From contig JBMYOQ010000016.1 of NCBI GenBank assembly GCA_049599475.1, positions 11,128 to 75,127 of the forward strand: DNA of 64,000 nucleotides, given 5' to 3'. Positions 60,487-64,000 of this stretch are shown here, in pieces; position 1 is the stretch's first letter; every line of letters begins with the position of its first letter. This DNA is from Opitutales bacterium (GTDB lineage Bacteria > Verrucomicrobiota > Verrucomicrobiia > Opitutales > JABSRG01). The translations under genes and the position numbers were made by a program. Below the pieces are notes generated by a model. That model was not told the origin of the DNA. It made no database searches and was given only the letters and a program-made list of their open reading frames with translations.

Positions 60487-61251
60487 ATGGATACCGCAAA
60501 GCTTTGGGATTTTACGCAACTTCTAGTAGATAATAGCGCAGAGGTGATTCTCTCCTACTGGGATCGCGACGATCTGGAAGTCGTCAACAAGGGAGATGAT
60601 ACGCCCGTAACACTCGCGGACAAAGGCGCGGAGGAGGTTATGCGTGCATTGATCAACCAGCACTATCCCGAGCACGGTATCATCGGTGAAGAATATGGAA
60701 ACGAGAATGAGGACGCGGACTTCGTCTGGGTCCTGGATCCTATCGACGGGACCTTCTCTTTTGCACACAACATTCCGCTGTTCGGCACACTGATCTGTCT
60801 AAAGTATCAGGGAAAACCAATCCTTGGCGCTATCAATCAACCGGTTCTCAAAAAGTGTCTGATCGGCGATGGCGAAGTCACCAAATTGAACGGAAAAATC
60901 GTCACCTGCTCAGATACCACCGAGCTTGATCGGGCGACGCTGCTCGCCACCGACAACCGCACCGCAGCGGAGTATCAACCCAATACCCATTTCACCAAGC
61001 TCACCGAGAGCGTCCGGGTATTCCGGACATGGGGAGACGCCTACGGCTACCTAATGGTCGGATGCGGCGACGCGGACATCATGACGGATCCCATCGTCAA
61101 CGAGTGGGATTTCATCGGCCACGTGCCCATCATACGCGGCGCCGGAGGCATTATCACAGACTGGGAAGGGAAAGACCCCATCGGCGGCTCTTCTGTAGTC
61201 TGCGCAAATAAGCACCTTCACCCAAAGGTGATGGAAGTGCTGCACGGCTAA
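60487..61251 (+). CDS. hisN: Histidinol-phosphatase, inositol monophosphatase family
   Basis: PVTLAD, GEE, WVLDPIDGT, FGTLI, GDAYGY and WD...GAGG motifs. Confidence 0.8.
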   Translation: MDTAKLWDFTQLLVDNSAEVILSYWDRDDLEVVNKGDDTPVTLADKGAEEVMRALINQHYPEHGIIGEEYGNENEDADFVWVLDPIDGTFSFAHNIPLFGTLICLKYQGKPILGAINQPVLKKCLIGDGEVTKLNGKIVTCSDTTELDRATLLATDNRTAAEYQPNTHFTKLTESVRVFRTWGDAYGYLMVGCGDADIMTDPIVNEWDFIGHVPIIRGAGGIITDWEGKDPIGGSSVVCANKHLHPKVMEVLHG

Positions 61252-61383
61252 TGGGGCCGTTTTCGCCTGCGATTTCATTATAGTCAGAAGCATTCCCCAA
61301 GAAGCTCGCATTTATTGGGAGATTTCCCAATTGATGCACCATTCCCAACTTGAAAAACGCGAGGGAACTGGGAACATCTCCAA

Positions 61384-61848
61384 ATGGTCAATCACATCCG
61401 CACTGCAGCCCGCGCACTCATGATCCGGGACGGCAAAATCCTTCTCGTAAAGATGAAGGATCATCGCGGTGTATTCTATATCCTGCCCGGGGGGGGCCAA
61501 AAGGCAGGAGAGACCCTCCAGCAAGCTGTCGAGCGGGAATGCTCCGAGGAGACTGGATGTGATATCAAAGCCGGCAAACTCGCCTACATCCGCGAGTATA
61601 TTGGCCGCAATCATACCTTCTCCAAAGCCCATCGCCGCTTCCACCAACTCGAAGCCGTTTTTCACTGCGAAATCACCTGCATGGATCAGTTCGGCAAAGG
61701 CTGCGAACACGATAAGAAACAGGTAGGCCTACAATGGGTGCCTCTTGAAGACGTCCCCACCACCGAGCTCTACCCCAAATACGTTCGCGATATCTTTAAG
61801 GGCGGCGAGGTTCACACCCAGAATTTATACCTGGGCGACGTGAATTGA
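61384..61848 (+). CDS. NUDIX hydrolase
   Basis: Nudix box GGGQKAGETLQQAVERECSEETG. Confidence 0.9.
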   Translation: MVNHIRTAARALMIRDGKILLVKMKDHRGVFYILPGGGQKAGETLQQAVERECSEETGCDIKAGKLAYIREYIGRNHTFSKAHRRFHQLEAVFHCEITCMDQFGKGCEHDKKQVGLQWVPLEDVPTTELYPKYVRDIFKGGEVHTQNLYLGDVN

Positions 61849-61894
61849 TATTGATATATCATGTAGTTTTTAGGGCAATACAGCCCTCAAATGA

Positions 61895-61954
61895 ATGACA
61901 GTCTTGTCATAATACCCTGGGTCGATTGACTCACGAGAAGATTATCCGTATTAC
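61895..61954 (+). promoter_or_regulatory. Palindromic operator ATGACA-N4-TGTCAT plus a putative sigma70 promoter (TTGACT-17-TATTAC)
   Basis: Palindrome at 61895-61910, -35 at 61926-61931 and -10 at 61949-61954, upstream of the peroxidase gene. Confidence 0.5.
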
Positions 61955-61996
61955 AGAGGGTATACCCCAATTCTTAATACGACCCAACTTCTAGTT

Positions 61997-63688
61997 TTGA
62001 GTAACAATAATCGATTCTCTACCCTCGCTTGTTTGATTTTCTTAGCAACACAAGCACATGCAGATGAATGGTGGTACAGTGAACATTTCCCATTCATCTA
62101 TTCTTCTAGTCAAGAATGGTGTCTCATCGACGAGACAGACGAAAGCCCTTGGCTGTATTCATTTGATGACGCGACCTGGTATTCTTCCGAGAATTACACC
62201 TTCGCGGAATCCGAATGGTGGCAAGTAGACAGCTATCCCTATATTTATAGTACGACCCGGGGATGGATTTATTGCTATACGAGTTCCAGCACATTGCTGA
62301 CGCTTCACATAAACTCACAAGCCTTTCAGGACTTTGACGGCACATTCATCGCAACCGATCAGAGCGTCAGTGCCAGGGATTGGGAAATTCTCACAGCTGC
62401 CTATGGCCAAGACCTCAGCATATCTTTGCTGGATGCATTTGATATCAGCGGTGCGATTCCCGACTTCACGGTAAGCTTAAGCAGTAGTATTCCAGGCATC
62501 GAACAGGATGGCAACCTCCTCACAGGCAGCCCTGAAACAAGCGGTGTTGTCGACCTCACAGTCACCGCGACGCTCGAAGACAATAGCAGCGTGAGCCAGA
62601 CAACACAGTTAGTAGTATCAGCGGATGACAGCGAACTTCCGAGCCCGAACCTCCCATCGACACTCATCGACTACGAAGCCATCATTGCGAATCTTCCAGA
62701 TCAGTACACCAGCCGCGTCGACGACTTTGGGAATATCGCCAGTACCGACAATACCCCAAACAATAATCCCATTACCAATGCAGGAGCCACCCTCGGCCGA
62801 GTCTTATTCTACGATAAACGCTTATCCGCTAACAATTCCACATCCTGCGCGAGTTGCCATAAGCAAGAAGTTGGATTCAGCGATGATCGCCAATTCAGCC
62901 TAGGCTTCGAAGGTGGAGAGACAGGCCGTCACTCAACAGCCTTGAGCCACGCGAGATACTATGAGCGCGAGGCCTTTTTCTGGGACGAACGCGCCGATAC
63001 CCTGGAAGACCAAGTCCTTATGCCAATCCAGGACAGTGTCGAAATGGGCATGACCCTTGATAACTTGCGCGAGAAGTTAGCAGCTACCGATTTCTACGGT
63101 GACCTTTTCACAAACGCTTTCGGAGATAGTGAAATTACGGATACACGGATATCACAAGCGCTTGCCCAATTTGTTCGGGCCATGGTGAGCACGGAGTCCA
63201 AATTCGATCAAGCATTTGTAGATGGAGAACTGGATACAAGTGCATTCACAGACGAAGAGCTCGAGGGTCTCCAACTCTTCAGCGGAAATGCCGGAACCGA
63301 TGGCCGTGACCTCGGCTGTATCCGCTGTCATGAGACAATTGGTTTCGTCGGTGACAACACTCACAACATTGGTCTTGATTTAACGGATACAGATGAAGGT
63401 GCAGGCAATGGTGAGTTCAAAGTCCAATCTCTCCGCAACATTGCCGTAACCGCACCCTACATGCACGACGGGCGGTTCGCGACACTCGAAGAAGTCATCG
63501 ACCACTATGACAGCGGTGTTCAGGACAATCCAAATCTCTCAAATCGCCTGCGTAGAAATAACAACGACACCGTGAGGCGTCTCAACCTTTCTGACACAGA
63601 AAAAGCATCACTGGTAGCATTCCTCGAAACGCTCACCGACGAAGCCTTCCTCGACGACGAACGCTTCTCGGATCCGTTTGAGAATTGA
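61997..63688 (+). CDS. Di-heme cytochrome c peroxidase family (bCcP/MauG) protein with N-terminal Trp/Tyr-rich repeats and an Ig-like module
   Basis: Signal peptide; LGRVLFYDKRLS, CASCH, FFWDERA, CIRCH and FKVQSLRNIAVTAPYMHDG; TTG start. Confidence 0.88.
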   Translation: MSNNNRFSTLACLIFLATQAHADEWWYSEHFPFIYSSSQEWCLIDETDESPWLYSFDDATWYSSENYTFAESEWWQVDSYPYIYSTTRGWIYCYTSSSTLLTLHINSQAFQDFDGTFIATDQSVSARDWEILTAAYGQDLSISLLDAFDISGAIPDFTVSLSSSIPGIEQDGNLLTGSPETSGVVDLTVTATLEDNSSVSQTTQLVVSADDSELPSPNLPSTLIDYEAIIANLPDQYTSRVDDFGNIASTDNTPNNNPITNAGATLGRVLFYDKRLSANNSTSCASCHKQEVGFSDDRQFSLGFEGGETGRHSTALSHARYYEREAFFWDERADTLEDQVLMPIQDSVEMGMTLDNLREKLAATDFYGDLFTNAFGDSEITDTRISQALAQFVRAMVSTESKFDQAFVDGELDTSAFTDEELEGLQLFSGNAGTDGRDLGCIRCHETIGFVGDNTHNIGLDLTDTDEGAGNGEFKVQSLRNIAVTAPYMHDGRFATLEEVIDHYDSGVQDNPNLSNRLRRNNNDTVRRLNLSDTEKASLVAFLETLTDEAFLDDERFSDPFEN

Positions 63689-63881
63689 TACCATCTCATT
63701 CATATTGAGTGTCATTGGGGTAGTCACAGTACTCTGTTGCTATGTTCACGTTGGGTATTCGAACACAGGCGCCTTTATCGCTCATGGCCTTGAACGCGTC
63801 GACGTAACGAAGTGGAGATGGCGTAGCAAGCGGCAGAGAGAGGCGGCCACAACTATCAATATGAATGCGGAACGAGTTGGT

Positions 63882-63950
63882 TCACGCTCGCTTCGCTCAA
63901 GACCCGAAGACCCCAAGACTTTCTTCTACAATAGCTTTGGGTCTTCGTGT
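63882..63950 (+). repeat. Dispersed intergenic repeat, copy 2, plus adjacent hairpin
   Basis: 63882-63910 matches 2946-2974 at 26/29 and runs into a GAAGACCC...GGGTCTTC stem. Confidence 0.55.
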
Positions 63951-64000
63951 CGGTTTGCGGTTAAAATGCACCAGTAATTTGCGGGTGAAAGTGCACCATT

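Noticed and set aside
63678..63977. 99-aa ORF after the peroxidase
   Set aside because: TTG start overlapping the upstream stop, runs through a repeat/hairpin, and has no recognisable family.

Overview
Gene-dense bacterial chromosome segment of mid-range GC (estimated by eye), most likely from a marine or aquatic Verrucomicrobiota (Opitutales-like) genome; the taxonomy is inferred, not verified. About 60 CDS. No rRNA, tRNA, CRISPR array, transposase or prophage genes were recognised. Housekeeping content: trkA/trkH, Fur-family regulator + sufCBD-sufT, nth, fabB/F, queA, ECF sigma/anti-sigma, yceI, slyX, glnB, clpP, rpiB, miaB, M16 peptidase, a MacAB/LolCDE-like exporter, gcvH, yajC-secDF-recJ, hisN. 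Most notable: (1) a tightly packed 12-gene cluster (27820-37080) joining an NfeD-NfeD-FloA-YqfB flotillin module to a DUF4178/DUF350/Gly-rich micro-protein/membrane SpeE/YjfI-like/PspA/SpeD module, i.e. membrane remodelling coupled to aminopropyl transfer; (2) an orphan PotD-like binding protein paired with a hybrid histidine kinase (candidate amine/polyamine sensor); (3) a GxxExxY nuclease gene bracketed by perfect 27-bp inverted repeats; (4) tandem ICE-like boxes upstream of an Irr-like regulator heading the suf operon; (5) several families of REP-like palindromes, including covarying GTAG REPs and a nested insertion flanked by a 10-bp direct repeat.
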